Source of the DNA: Candidatus Bathyarchaeia archaeon
GTDB taxonomy: Archaea > Thermoproteota > Bathyarchaeia > Bathyarchaeales > Bathycorpusculaceae
Direction: 5' to 3'
DNA length: 64,000 nt
NCBI GenBank assembly: GCA_049515895.1
Contig: JBEKTQ010000013.1
Coordinates: 22,604-86,603, forward strand
Position 1 is the stretch's first letter, and every line of letters starts with the position of its first letter. The position numbers and the translations under genes were made by a program. The notes below the pieces were generated by a model that searched no databases, had not been told where the DNA came from, and saw only the letters and a list, made by a program, of their open reading frames with translations. Below are positions 18,613 through 27,563 of the stretch, piece by piece.

Positions 18613-20787
18613 CTAAACATGAAACACTCCGGTAAGTAGCAAGTCGATTAGTTTGATGCCAATGAAGGGCACTATAACTCCGCCTACCCCGTAGATTAAC
18701 GTGTTCTTGAGAAACAGGGACATTGTGCTTGTTGGTTTGAAGGCAATGCCGCGCATGGCGAGCGGAATCAGGAGCGGAATGATTATAGCGTTGAAGATAA
18801 GAGCTGAAAGGACAGCGCTTTTCAAGCCCAAATGTAAGACGTTGAGGCTGCTCAACTCTGGAATGGCCGTTGCAAAGATAACAGGCATAATTGCGAAATA
18901 CTTGGATACGTCGTTGGCGATGCTGAAAGCTGTTACAGCGCCTCTGGTCATCAGCAGTTGCTTTCCAAGCATTACCACCTCAATGATTTTGGCTGGATTC
19001 GATTCCAGGTCTACCATGTTTGCAGCCTCTTTTGCGGCTTCTGTGCCAGAATTCATAGCTAATCCAACATCGGCGGCGGATAATGCGGGTGCATCGTTTG
19101 TTCCGTCTCCAATCATCGCGACGATTCTGTTTTCAGCCTGTTCCCTCTTCGCTATCTTGTATTTGTCTTCAGGTTTAGCTTGAGCAACGTACTCGTCAAT
19201 TCCAACCTCTGCTGCTATGCTTTTTGCAGTGAGAGGTTGATCCCCTGTAATCATAACTGGGCGAATCCCCATGACCTTAAGGGCTTGTATCTTCTCTTTG
19301 ATGCCTACTTTGAGCACATCCTTCAACCTGATTATTCCAAGAACTAGCCCGTTTCTTGCAACTGCTATGGGAGTTTCTCCAACCGCAGAAATGCCGTTTA
19401 CGACATAGTCGAAATCTGTTGGGACACAGTCGGCTTGCGCTTTGATAGATTCAGGCGCCCCTTTCATAATCTCAATTTCTGGTTCAAGCATCGCAGTCTC
19501 CGCTTCCCCTCCCACCGCCGAAGTTTTTCTTCTCATTCTTGTTCGTTGTGTTATGCCTTTGCCTCCTTTTGGCAGCGTGAGGCCCGCATGGGTTATTTTT
19601 ACTCCACTTGTGCGGGTGGTGGCTGAGAAGGCGTAAACTTCAGAGGTTGCAAGCGAGTTTAGTTCTTTAGGCACGAAGCCATTTTCGTAAGCAAGTTTCA
19701 GTATGCTGCGCCCCTCGGGGGTGTCATCGTGCCATGAGGACAGAAACGCTGCTTCTCCGACGTCTTCTTCGGTATAGCGTTCGAAAGGAACGAATTGTAT
19801 CGCCTGTCTGTTGCCAACAGTGATTGTGCCTGTTTTGTCTAGAAGAACTACATCTGCGTCTCCAGCGGTTTCTATGGCTTTTCCTGATTTAGCGATTATC
19901 TTGCTTTTGTATAGTCGGGACATGCCAGAGAGTCCGATGGCTGGGAGCAAGGCTCCTATGGTTGTCGGAAGGAGGCAAACGTACAGCGCGATAAGCACGG
20001 ACAAGTCGGCGCCAAGACTAAGAGTTACCGATGTTCCGAGCAAGGCAACTATGATTATGGTGAATATGGCGGTTAAACCGATAAGAACGATGGTTATCGC
20101 AACCTCGTTTGGAGTCTTTGGTCTCTTGGAAGATTCCACCATCTTTATCATTTGGTCAATGAAGGTTTCTCCAGGGTTAGTTGTAACCTTCGCCGTCAGG
20201 CTGTCGCTAACAACTTTTGAGCCTCCAATAAGCGAGTCTCCAGGAGCTTTCCTGACCGGAGCTGACTCACCGGTAACAAGCGACTCATCAACCATCGCGA
20301 TCCCTTCGATAACGTCAGCGTCTAGGGGAACCACGTCGCGGGTTTCGATAAGGACCAAATCGTCTTTTCGCAGGTCAGTTGATTTCATAGCAATAATTTT
20401 TCTAGTCCATGCCTCAGTGACTATTTTTTTGGCTGGCACTTCTGTCTCCAGTTTTCTGAGGCTGCCAGCGGTGCTTTTTGCTTGTTGTTCAGCAAGCGCG
20501 TCAGAGAGTGTGCTAAACCAGACTGTGATCAGCAGGATGATGGCGACTTCAATGTAGAAAATCTGCAGGCTAGGGCTAGCGACTGGCACGAATGCCTTTG
20601 GAAATATAGCCATCGCTGCTACAATGTAGAATGTAACTTCAACAATAAACATCACTGGATTCTTAAGCAGAGATTTAGGATTGAGACGGACTACAGAGTC
20701 AACTAGCACTTTTCCAGAGAAAGCGGAACGCATTCCCCCAGCCGAATCTTTAGTCTTGTTTGACTCAACGGTGTTTTCAATGGCCAA
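18613..20787 (-). CDS. kdpB: K+-transporting ATPase subunit B (P-type)
   Basis: NPVMF, TGES, PTTIG, DKTGT and GDGTNDAPAL motifs. Confidence 0.97.
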   Translation of the reverse strand: MAIENTVESNKTKDSAGGMRSAFSGKVLVDSVVRLNPKSLLKNPVMFIVEVTFYIVAAMAIFPKAFVPVASPSLQIFYIEVAIILLITVWFSTLSDALAEQQAKSTAGSLRKLETEVPAKKIVTEAWTRKIIAMKSTDLRKDDLVLIETRDVVPLDADVIEGIAMVDESLVTGESAPVRKAPGDSLIGGSKVVSDSLTAKVTTNPGETFIDQMIKMVESSKRPKTPNEVAITIVLIGLTAIFTIIIVALLGTSVTLSLGADLSVLIALYVCLLPTTIGALLPAIGLSGMSRLYKSKIIAKSGKAIETAGDADVVLLDKTGTITVGNRQAIQFVPFERYTEEDVGEAAFLSSWHDDTPEGRSILKLAYENGFVPKELNSLATSEVYAFSATTRTSGVKITHAGLTLPKGGKGITQRTRMRRKTSAVGGEAETAMLEPEIEIMKGAPESIKAQADCVPTDFDYVVNGISAVGETPIAVARNGLVLGIIRLKDVLKVGIKEKIQALKVMGIRPVMITGDQPLTAKSIAAEVGIDEYVAQAKPEDKYKIAKREQAENRIVAMIGDGTNDAPALSAADVGLAMNSGTEAAKEAANMVDLESNPAKIIEVVMLGKQLLMTRGAVTAFSIANDVSKYFAIMPVIFATAIPELSSLNVLHLGLKSAVLSALIFNAIIIPLLIPLAMRGIAFKPTSTMSLFLKNTLIYGVGGVIVPFIGIKLIDLLLTGVFHV

Positions 20788-22441
20788 TGCCGTTCAACCA
20801 TCCTTTGAAAAATGATGATATTGGTCCGATCGCTAGGAACGGGAAGAAAGTCAACACAACCAGTATTATGATGGAAGCAATCAAGACTATCGTGAATATC
20901 AATGTGTCAGTCTTCAGACCTGAAGTTGTTCCGCCGCGTTTTCTGCCAATCATTGACCCGGAAAGCGCCAGCAGTATGGCTATGGGAGCGTAGCGTCCGA
21001 TCAGCATCACGATGGCAGTTGCTATGTTGAAATACGGCGTGTTTCCTGAAGCTCCTAAGAAGTCTGAGCCGTTGTTGGCGGCGGCGCTAGTAAATTCCCA
21101 AAGAATTTGGGTGTATCCGACGGAGCTTCCGCTCACGCCTATGGCGCTTACAGCACCACTGGCATAGGCTAACACCGTGGGTACTAGTATTATGATTGGG
21201 TGGATAAGAAACGCGATCATTACAAGTTTAACGTCTCGTCCCGTGATTTTCATGTTCAAGTATTCAGGTGTTCTTCCCGACATGAGACCCACAACGAAGA
21301 CGGTTATTATGATGAACATAACCATGTACATCATGCCGACTCCTTTCCCGCCTGGGATTGACTGTATAAACATGCCAAGGAAACCAGATAGAATCGTCAA
21401 AGGATGGTTTCCTAAAAGTGCTGAGTTTAGAGAGCCTGTTGTGGCCACGGTTGTTGTAACGGTATAGAAGCTGGACATGAAGCCGCCAAATCGAACTTCT
21501 ATGTCAGGCGCCACCAATGGAAGTGCGGGAATAAACGCTATAACCAAATTAACGCCGAAAAGAATGTAGGCGCCCCATAGAAGAGGTCTGGCCTCGGTTT
21601 TTTTGCCAATCATTTGTCCGAAAACGAAGATTAATGCTGTGGGAAGCAGAAGCATAAGGGAAATCATGAGGATGTTGGTGATTGGTGAGGGGTTCATAAA
21701 TGGATAGGCAGCGTTTGCACCATAGAATCCGCCGCCGTTAGTGCCTATCTGCATTATGGAGTCAAGAGAGGCCACTGGCCCAACAAGTATCGTTTGAGTG
21801 GCTCCTTGTATTGTCTTTACTGTGGTGTAACCATTGAGGGTTTGGGGCACCCCTAAAGCCAGAAATATGATTGAGGCTATGATGCAGAGGGGCAGGACAA
21901 TTCTCGTGAGCGCTCTTGTGAAGTCAGCATAGAAGTTGCCCATGTCTTTTGCTCCAGCAACCAGTCCTCGTATGAAGGCAATTCCCATGCATAGTCCTGT
22001 GATGGCAGAGGTAAATTGAAGCCATTGTATAACACCGATTTGACTAAGATATGACAAAGTGGTTTCGCCGTTATAGTGCTGAAGGTTTGTGTTTGTCACA
22101 AACGAAGCTACAGTATTAAAAGCGAGGTCAGGTCTGACGCCAGGGAAGCCCATCGGGTTAAGCGGCAAGTTGCCTTGGAATACAAGCATTATAAAGCCAA
22201 TAATCATCATAACAACGTTTGTCAGCAGTCCGGCGAGGAAGTACTGCTTCCAACCCATCGTTTGCTCTGAGTTCACGCCTGTGATTTTGTAGATGAAGTT
22301 CTCGATTGGGTTCAGTATTTTGTCTAGGCGGCTTGGTTTTCGCTTAAAAACTCCTGTGATGTAGGGGGCTATTAACCAAGCTAGAAGTATGGTTATTCCA
22401 ATTATAAGAATAACCGTCAGCGCCTGAACTATATCGATCAA
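20777..22441 (-). CDS. kdpA: K+-transporting ATPase subunit A
   Basis: SFVTNTNLQHY, GTNGGG, GRTPEYL and SAAANNGS motifs. Confidence 0.97.
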   Translation of the reverse strand: MIDIVQALTVILIIGITILLAWLIAPYITGVFKRKPSRLDKILNPIENFIYKITGVNSEQTMGWKQYFLAGLLTNVVMMIIGFIMLVFQGNLPLNPMGFPGVRPDLAFNTVASFVTNTNLQHYNGETTLSYLSQIGVIQWLQFTSAITGLCMGIAFIRGLVAGAKDMGNFYADFTRALTRIVLPLCIIASIIFLALGVPQTLNGYTTVKTIQGATQTILVGPVASLDSIMQIGTNGGGFYGANAAYPFMNPSPITNILMISLMLLLPTALIFVFGQMIGKKTEARPLLWGAYILFGVNLVIAFIPALPLVAPDIEVRFGGFMSSFYTVTTTVATTGSLNSALLGNHPLTILSGFLGMFIQSIPGGKGVGMMYMVMFIIITVFVVGLMSGRTPEYLNMKITGRDVKLVMIAFLIHPIIILVPTVLAYASGAVSAIGVSGSSVGYTQILWEFTSAAANNGSDFLGASGNTPYFNIATAIVMLIGRYAPIAILLALSGSMIGRKRGGTTSGLKTDTLIFTIVLIASIIILVVLTFFPFLAIGPISSFFKGWLNGIGH

Positions 22442-22488
22442 TTATTTCGAAACTCCAGATTGCATTTGTACTCACTATGGCTCCTACC

Positions 22489-22782
22489 TCAACTTGTGGT
22501 TGATGTAATAATTGTCTTTTGGCACCTACGTCCTTTATGTGGCTTCAGTATAATAGTGCTTATGGTGCTTTTGACGCCGCGAATCTTCATTATTTTCTTT
22601 TGCAGGGTGTCGCGAAATTCTTCAAGAGTTGAAGTGCTTACGAGAGTGACGATGTCATATTCGCCTGCGACTTCATAGACTTCCTCAATGTTTTCAAGCT
22701 TTCGCAAAGCGGCTACCACTTGATCTATTTGGGTTGTGTCGGCGAAGATGTTGACTGATGCTAAGAACTTGCTCATTTTCAT
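22489..22782 (-). CDS. Stand-alone Lrp/AsnC ligand-binding domain protein
   Basis: EVAGEYDIV...KIRGVKSTISTIIL; directly upstream of kdpA. Confidence 0.88.
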   Translation of the reverse strand: MKMSKFLASVNIFADTTQIDQVVAALRKLENIEEVYEVAGEYDIVTLVSTSTLEEFRDTLQKKIMKIRGVKSTISTIILKPHKGRRCQKTIITSTTS

Positions 22783-22917
22783 TCATCCTCCAATTTGCGA
22801 GTGAATTCGAAATCTGAAACTTGCAAGCAGTATATGAAATGACAAGAAACCGAAACACAATACACATGAACGTTGTTCAAGTTCAACATAATAATCAGCG
22901 AGATCCAAAGGATTTTG

Positions 22918-23019
22918 CTATGGAACCTCTTCGAGGCCCCTTCGCATTTTGTTTAAGAAGGCCAAATCATAGATTCGGCTACCTTTTCCGCCAAGAAATT
23001 TACTTTCAACACGGTTCAA
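22918..23019 (-). CDS. Putative 33-aa leader ORF of the kdp transcript
   Basis: TTG start with GGAGG RBS; MNRVESKFLGGKGSRIYDLAFLNKMRRGLEEVP. Confidence 0.45.
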   Translation of the reverse strand: MNRVESKFLGGKGSRIYDLAFLNKMRRGLEEVP

Positions 23020-23068
23020 TTTTTAGCCTCCTTTCTCCCTTTTAACATATGGGGTATTGACAACTATT

Positions 23069-23097
23069 ATATAAGCTTAATTATGATTTGTTCATAC
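23069..23097 (-). promoter_or_regulatory. Operator plus TATA box (site 2 of 5), facing kdp
   Basis: ttatgat-ttg-ttcatac at 23081-23097, then a 5-nt spacer and CTTATAT on the minus strand. Confidence 0.65.
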
Positions 23098-23541
23098 TTT
23101 TCAATAATGTCTGAATATTTTACGAAGAAATTTGGAAAAGTTCGAAAAAAAACACATAAAACACGAACAATGTTGAAAGTTTATTGCTCATGCCGTCTGA
23201 GTCGCCGGGCAAGAGATCATTTTTGGAACTGAAGCCTGCACCATTTTCCAGAATTTAATTAGCTTTTGGCGCGTTTGTTCAATACTGACTTATGCTTACT
23301 CGACACCTCCGCCTAAAGGTTTGTGGTTTTTCAAGTTACTTGCTTTACATGAAGGTGCTACGTTGAAGCGAACAAATGTTGGACATGGAGTCTCACACGG
23401 CATAGAAGCCTTCCTAAGATGGTACAGTTTGATATGTGGCGGCTCTCTCGAAGGAATGATAGGAACAAATATCCAAGTAAATGGCAATTGATCAGCCAAA
23501 CGTCTAATTCCACCTATCTTAATTGTACAGCTTTTTTATTT

Positions 23542-23580
23542 TTCATAAAAGTTATGAACAATTCACAATTATGTTTATAT
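23542..23580 (+). promoter_or_regulatory. Operator plus TATA box (site 3 of 5)
   Basis: TTCATAA-aag-TTATGAA-CAA-TTCACAA (23552-23568), then a 5-nt spacer and TTTATAT. Confidence 0.72.
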
Positions 23581-23632
23581 AGGATGCTCTCTCCTTATAA
23601 ATCGTTCAACAAAATTGAAAATTGGTGAAAAA

Positions 23633-23731
23633 ATGTTTGGATTAATGGATTTGGTCTGGACATGTGTCATAGTGGGGTCGATAGCGACAATTGGCTACCG
23701 ACTGCGTTTAGAGTTTAGAATGAACAAATAA
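23633..23731 (+). CDS. 32-aa single-TM microprotein (paralog of 17052-17156)
   Basis: MFGLMDLVWTCVIVGSIATIGYRLRLEFRMNK; GGTGA RBS. Confidence 0.7.
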   Translation: MFGLMDLVWTCVIVGSIATIGYRLRLEFRMNK

Positions 23732-24260
23732 TTTATGAGCTCACTTCTTGTCTACAACACTAATTCTTCGATTTTTCTCGAATTTTCGCTAAGATAATCC
23801 TTACAAGGCAAACGTTAAAGTTTTTGCAATAATCGTGACTGGCAATAAAACTTGGAGAATTAGCATCCGCAGGGGTTCTTCTCAAAGAAAAATCAAGTGG
23901 GTTACCGAAGGTTAGATACCCTTTTTTTCCAAGAATAAATATTTAACAGAACAGTTGAGATTTCAATTGTAACAATCGTGCTCTGGTATTTCCCCGTTAT
24001 CGTGTATAAATTTAACGATTAAATCGAACTCCGGCGGGCTTCGAGATCAATTCTTTTCGATGTTCCGCTTGCAACTTCCTCTTTAGCTTTTTTTCTTTTG
24101 GATTCTTCCCGGAGTTTTACAGTTTAGTTCCCATTAGAAGCAAGATTTCATCTCTTTCCTACTTTTTTAGCGGATCTAATTTTTATTTTGTTCAACAAAA
24201 ATAGCGGATAATGGCTTTTTATACATTAATTTATTTATTTTATGAAAATATTTACAGTTA

Positions 24261-24299
24261 TTCATAATTATTATGAACAAATCTTAATCAGGTTTATAT
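24261..24299 (+). promoter_or_regulatory. Operator plus TATA box (site 4 of 5), facing the APC permease
   Basis: TTCATAA-tta-TTATGAA-CAA-ATCTTAA (24271-24287), then a 5-nt spacer and TTTATAT. Confidence 0.7.
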
Positions 24300-24342
24300 T
24301 TCGCCGGATTTGCTATATGGTACTAAAGTTCGGTGTTACCAA

Positions 24343-24480
24343 ATGAAAAAGGAAAAGGAATCTCCAAATGTAAACAGGACAAACAGAAAACACGACGCAT
24401 TACTCGTTAAAAAGAGCAAAAAACTATTTTCTGCTATTTTCAGCTTGCCACTCAGAGGAGGGAAAATAGATACCTACTGA
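24343..24480 (+). CDS. Putative 45-aa basic leader ORF upstream of the APC permease
   Basis: ATG with GGTG RBS; MKKEKESPNVNRTNRKHDALLVKKSKKLFSAIFSLPLRGGKIDTY. Confidence 0.4.
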   Translation: MKKEKESPNVNRTNRKHDALLVKKSKKLFSAIFSLPLRGGKIDTY

Positions 24481-24514
24481 CTCCACAGATGCAGGACCGC
24501 GAAAGTCACCGTCA

Positions 24515-26077
24515 TTGAAAAAAACTCTCGGCCTGGGAGGCGTTACAATAAACGCCATGGCCTTAATAGCTCCAGGAGCATTCTTATGGCTCACCTTTCA
24601 GATAAACGCAGCTCAGACCTCGCCGTCAGGGGCTTCAACGGCATTTGACATTTGGCCTGGCCTTCTATTAGCATTAATTTTGGCGTTCCTAACTGCAGCT
24701 TCTTATTCGTGGCTAGCACGGCGTTACCCAGATGCTGGTCCCGGCAGCTCGTATTACTTTGCTCAAAGAGCTTTACTAGATAACGGAAGCAGCAACAAAT
24801 TAGCTAGAAACGCAAAGTTCGGAGTCGGATGGATTTCCCACCTCTACTATTGGGTCTATCCAGGGGTCATGGTTGCAGCAATGTCTATCCTACTTACTTG
24901 GATTCTATCGGTACTTGGTTTCAGTGTTTCACCCTTAGGCGAAATCGCCATAGCCAGCTTATTTGCAGTCGTTACAGGTGCGATAGCCTTCCGCGGGATT
25001 CAAGGATCAACAAGAACAAACCTCCTCCTCAACGTGGTTCAAATCGGAATGTTAGTTATCATCACCGGAATGGCGTTGGCATACCGTTTTATTAACCCTC
25101 AACATGTGACCTTTACGTTCACCAGTGTTGGCGGAATAGTTACGCCGCACGATATTGGCAACGTGTTATTCCAAGCGACAATCGCAATCTTAGTGCTTGT
25201 CGGATTCGAATCCGCAACCGCTTACACTGGAGAAGCAAAAGACCCCAAGGTTGTTCCAAAGGCAATCATTTTGTCATTGATCATCCAAGGAGCCTTCGCT
25301 TACATGTTTGAATACTTCGGAGCTGAAGCATGGATGAACTCAAGCTATAGTATAACACAAAGCGGCCAGAAATTTGCAGGATTTGGAGCAGCTGGAATTT
25401 CAAGTGCCCCTATCGGTGATATGGTTCATAACCTTGGGAACGTGTTCCTCGGAGGCAACGGAGTCACATTAGAATTAATAGTAGCGGCAATTGTGGCTGC
25501 TGCAATATTAGGCACTACGCTTGCTTGCATGAACACTGGCGTTAGAGTAACCTACGCGATTAGCCGAGATACTGAAGTGCCTTATCAACTTAGCAAACTA
25601 AACCCAAAATACTCTACTCCAGCGATTGGTATCTGGATAATGACAGCTGTCGCAGCCGCTATAGGATCTTTCGGGGTACTGACGATAACAAACCTAACTT
25701 CAATTACGTTGCTATCTAACTTTGGCACCTTCCTGCTCTATGGAGTCACAAACATTGTAGCACTAATCGCATTCACTAAAGAACGAGCTTCAATACTAAA
25801 ACGCAAAGTGGTTCCAATCGCAGGCCTCGCCGCCAACGCCCTAATGCTAGCTACTATCATTTACCTCAGCGTAGCTGGCGGAGGAACTCCCCAGTTGGAA
25901 GGAGCTTTTGCTATAGTTGGCACCGCAATTTGGTTGTTATTAGGTTTAGTCTATTTCCGTTTTAACTCAAAATCAATGCCTTCCGGTTTATTTCCATTCC
26001 CAGGCAAAGATGAGGATGAGCGCAATGCTGCGAAAGTCACTAAACCCAGAACCTTCAAGTTATGGAAAAAAGATTAG
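24515..26077 (+). CDS. APC family permease
   Basis: About 12 TM helices; YPDAGPGSSYYF, VGFESATAYTGEAKDP and RVTYAISRD motifs. Confidence 0.92.
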   Translation: MKKTLGLGGVTINAMALIAPGAFLWLTFQINAAQTSPSGASTAFDIWPGLLLALILAFLTAASYSWLARRYPDAGPGSSYYFAQRALLDNGSSNKLARNAKFGVGWISHLYYWVYPGVMVAAMSILLTWILSVLGFSVSPLGEIAIASLFAVVTGAIAFRGIQGSTRTNLLLNVVQIGMLVIITGMALAYRFINPQHVTFTFTSVGGIVTPHDIGNVLFQATIAILVLVGFESATAYTGEAKDPKVVPKAIILSLIIQGAFAYMFEYFGAEAWMNSSYSITQSGQKFAGFGAAGISSAPIGDMVHNLGNVFLGGNGVTLELIVAAIVAAAILGTTLACMNTGVRVTYAISRDTEVPYQLSKLNPKYSTPAIGIWIMTAVAAAIGSFGVLTITNLTSITLLSNFGTFLLYGVTNIVALIAFTKERASILKRKVVPIAGLAANALMLATIIYLSVAGGGTPQLEGAFAIVGTAIWLLLGLVYFRFNSKSMPSGLFPFPGKDEDERNAAKVTKPRTFKLWKKD

Positions 26078-26378
26078 CTCCTTTTTTTTCTTTATTAGAG
26101 AAAACTTAATTCGATTGACAACTAAGCTCAGATATCTCGGAAAGGACTTCGGAACTTCGCTTCTTCAAGTTTGATTCCGCCACAAAAACTTCAACGACTT
26201 CTTTTTTGTGGCAACTAAGTCATGGCACGAAACAATCTACATCTGCTGCATTTATTCTCGCAAGCTGCCAAAAGAAATGAAAAGTCTTTACGAAATTTTG
26301 CGCCCCATCCGTACAGCAAAAAGAGATTCACAACGAGTCACGAAAGTGCAAGGTGTAGTTTGTTTTCCAATTCATCTA

Positions 26379-26486
26379 TTATTTCTTCAAAATTCTTTTT
26401 CGAAGGATGATGTGGGGTTGCCTTTGAGCGTCTATAACGATTAATTCTTCAATGTTATGTTCAGTCACTTTGGTAACTTCTCTCAG
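26379..26486 (-). CDS. Putative 29-35 aa microprotein
   Basis: CTG at 26486 or GTG at 26468 after GGTGTTAC; (M)REVTKVTEHNIEELIVIDAQRQPHIILRKRILKK; tandem TAA TAG stops. Confidence 0.4.
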   Translation of the reverse strand: MREVTKVTEHNIEELIVIDAQRQPHIILRKRILKK

Positions 26487-26529
26487 TAGTAACACCAATT
26501 TAAGTTTAGCAATTTAAGTATCCAATCAA

Positions 26530-26568
26530 ATATAAATGTAGTTAATATTTGTTCATAACTTTTATGAA
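26530..26568 (-). promoter_or_regulatory. Operator plus TATA box (site 5 of 5)
   Basis: Minus strand reads TTCATAA-aag-TTATGAA-CAA-ATATTAA, then a 5-nt spacer and TTTATAT. Confidence 0.68.
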
Positions 26569-26641
26569 AAAATTAAATTACATCCAGTATACAACCTAAG
26601 TTTTCAACAAACAAAGCAACTTCTTTGAATATTGAAATCGA

Positions 26642-27556
26642 CTAAATGCCACCTAAAATCAGTCCTATTGCAAAACTAAGCAGCGGCGCTATTACCCAGC
26701 TTAACACTATCACGAGAAACGGTTTAAGCGAAACAAACTTGGATTTGTAGGATATACCAGCCCCGAAAACCGCTGCCGAAAGAGCCTGTGTGTTAGACAG
26801 CGGAATATTCAACAATGTAGCCGCTTCCACAAGAATCGTTGAAGTCAAAAGAGTCGCCGTCGCATTTGGGTACCGCATCAAAAAGAGTTCCTCCGAAACT
26901 CGGCGAATCTCTCCGGCACTCAAAAAAAAGGCGCCGACAAAGATTGCAACAACCACTAACGCAACCGTTGAAGAGTTAAAGCCTCCAGTTGCAACTATCA
27001 AACCGAGGGTATTTGCGCCCAGCACATATGAGGTCGAAAGAGCTAAAACTATCAGCAAGACCTTGTAAATCTGCAATCTGTGCCAAAAGTTCTTCGGCCT
27101 GCTTCTATTCAAGATTCTGATGATGTAAAACGACAAGGCTATGGCAAATATCGGAGCCACAACCCACATGACTACAACCGCAGCCACGTAGCCGCCGCTC
27201 CTTAATGCGCCCTCCGCCACTGACAAGCCGGCAAGCACTCCGACAAGTGACATACTAACGGACATTGGCGCCCTAATCAAGTCGGCGATAACAAAGATTA
27301 GTATGGCAACTAGCAAGGCTTCGACCCGAAACTGCATGGCACCGCTTGGCAACAACGTGTTAACGGTTTTCGTCATTCCCGCGCCTTGAATTAGAAGTCC
27401 GAAGGAGAATCCGAGCGCCCCAAGCAGCATTCCTAACCTTTTACTTATTATTCTGGAGCCCACGGCGGGGCCAACGCAGGCGGACAGATTGTTGCCTGAA
27501 ACCAGCATAACCGCAATAAAAGTCAGTAAAAAGAGAGCAATGGAAAGCCATAGCAT
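26642..27556 (-). CDS. Inorganic phosphate transporter (PiT family)
   Basis: SGNNLSA and GANTLG signature repeats, PLSNTQ; multiple TM helices. Confidence 0.85.
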   Translation of the reverse strand: MLWLSIALFLLTFIAVMLVSGNNLSACVGPAVGSRIISKRLGMLLGALGFSFGLLIQGAGMTKTVNTLLPSGAMQFRVEALLVAILIFVIADLIRAPMSVSMSLVGVLAGLSVAEGALRSGGYVAAVVVMWVVAPIFAIALSFYIIRILNRSRPKNFWHRLQIYKVLLIVLALSTSYVLGANTLGLIVATGGFNSSTVALVVVAIFVGAFFLSAGEIRRVSEELFLMRYPNATATLLTSTILVEAATLLNIPLSNTQALSAAVFGAGISYKSKFVSLKPFLVIVLSWVIAPLLSFAIGLILGGI

Positions 27557-27563
27557 TTGCGGG

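Noticed and set aside
18701-20706. Long antisense ORFs over kdpB and similar ones over other genes
   Set aside because: They are opposite-strand shadows of well-supported genes and carry no motifs of their own.
23760-24180. c-di-AMP riboswitch or extra gene before the APC permease
   Set aside because: No ydaO consensus was recognised and there is no convincing ORF.
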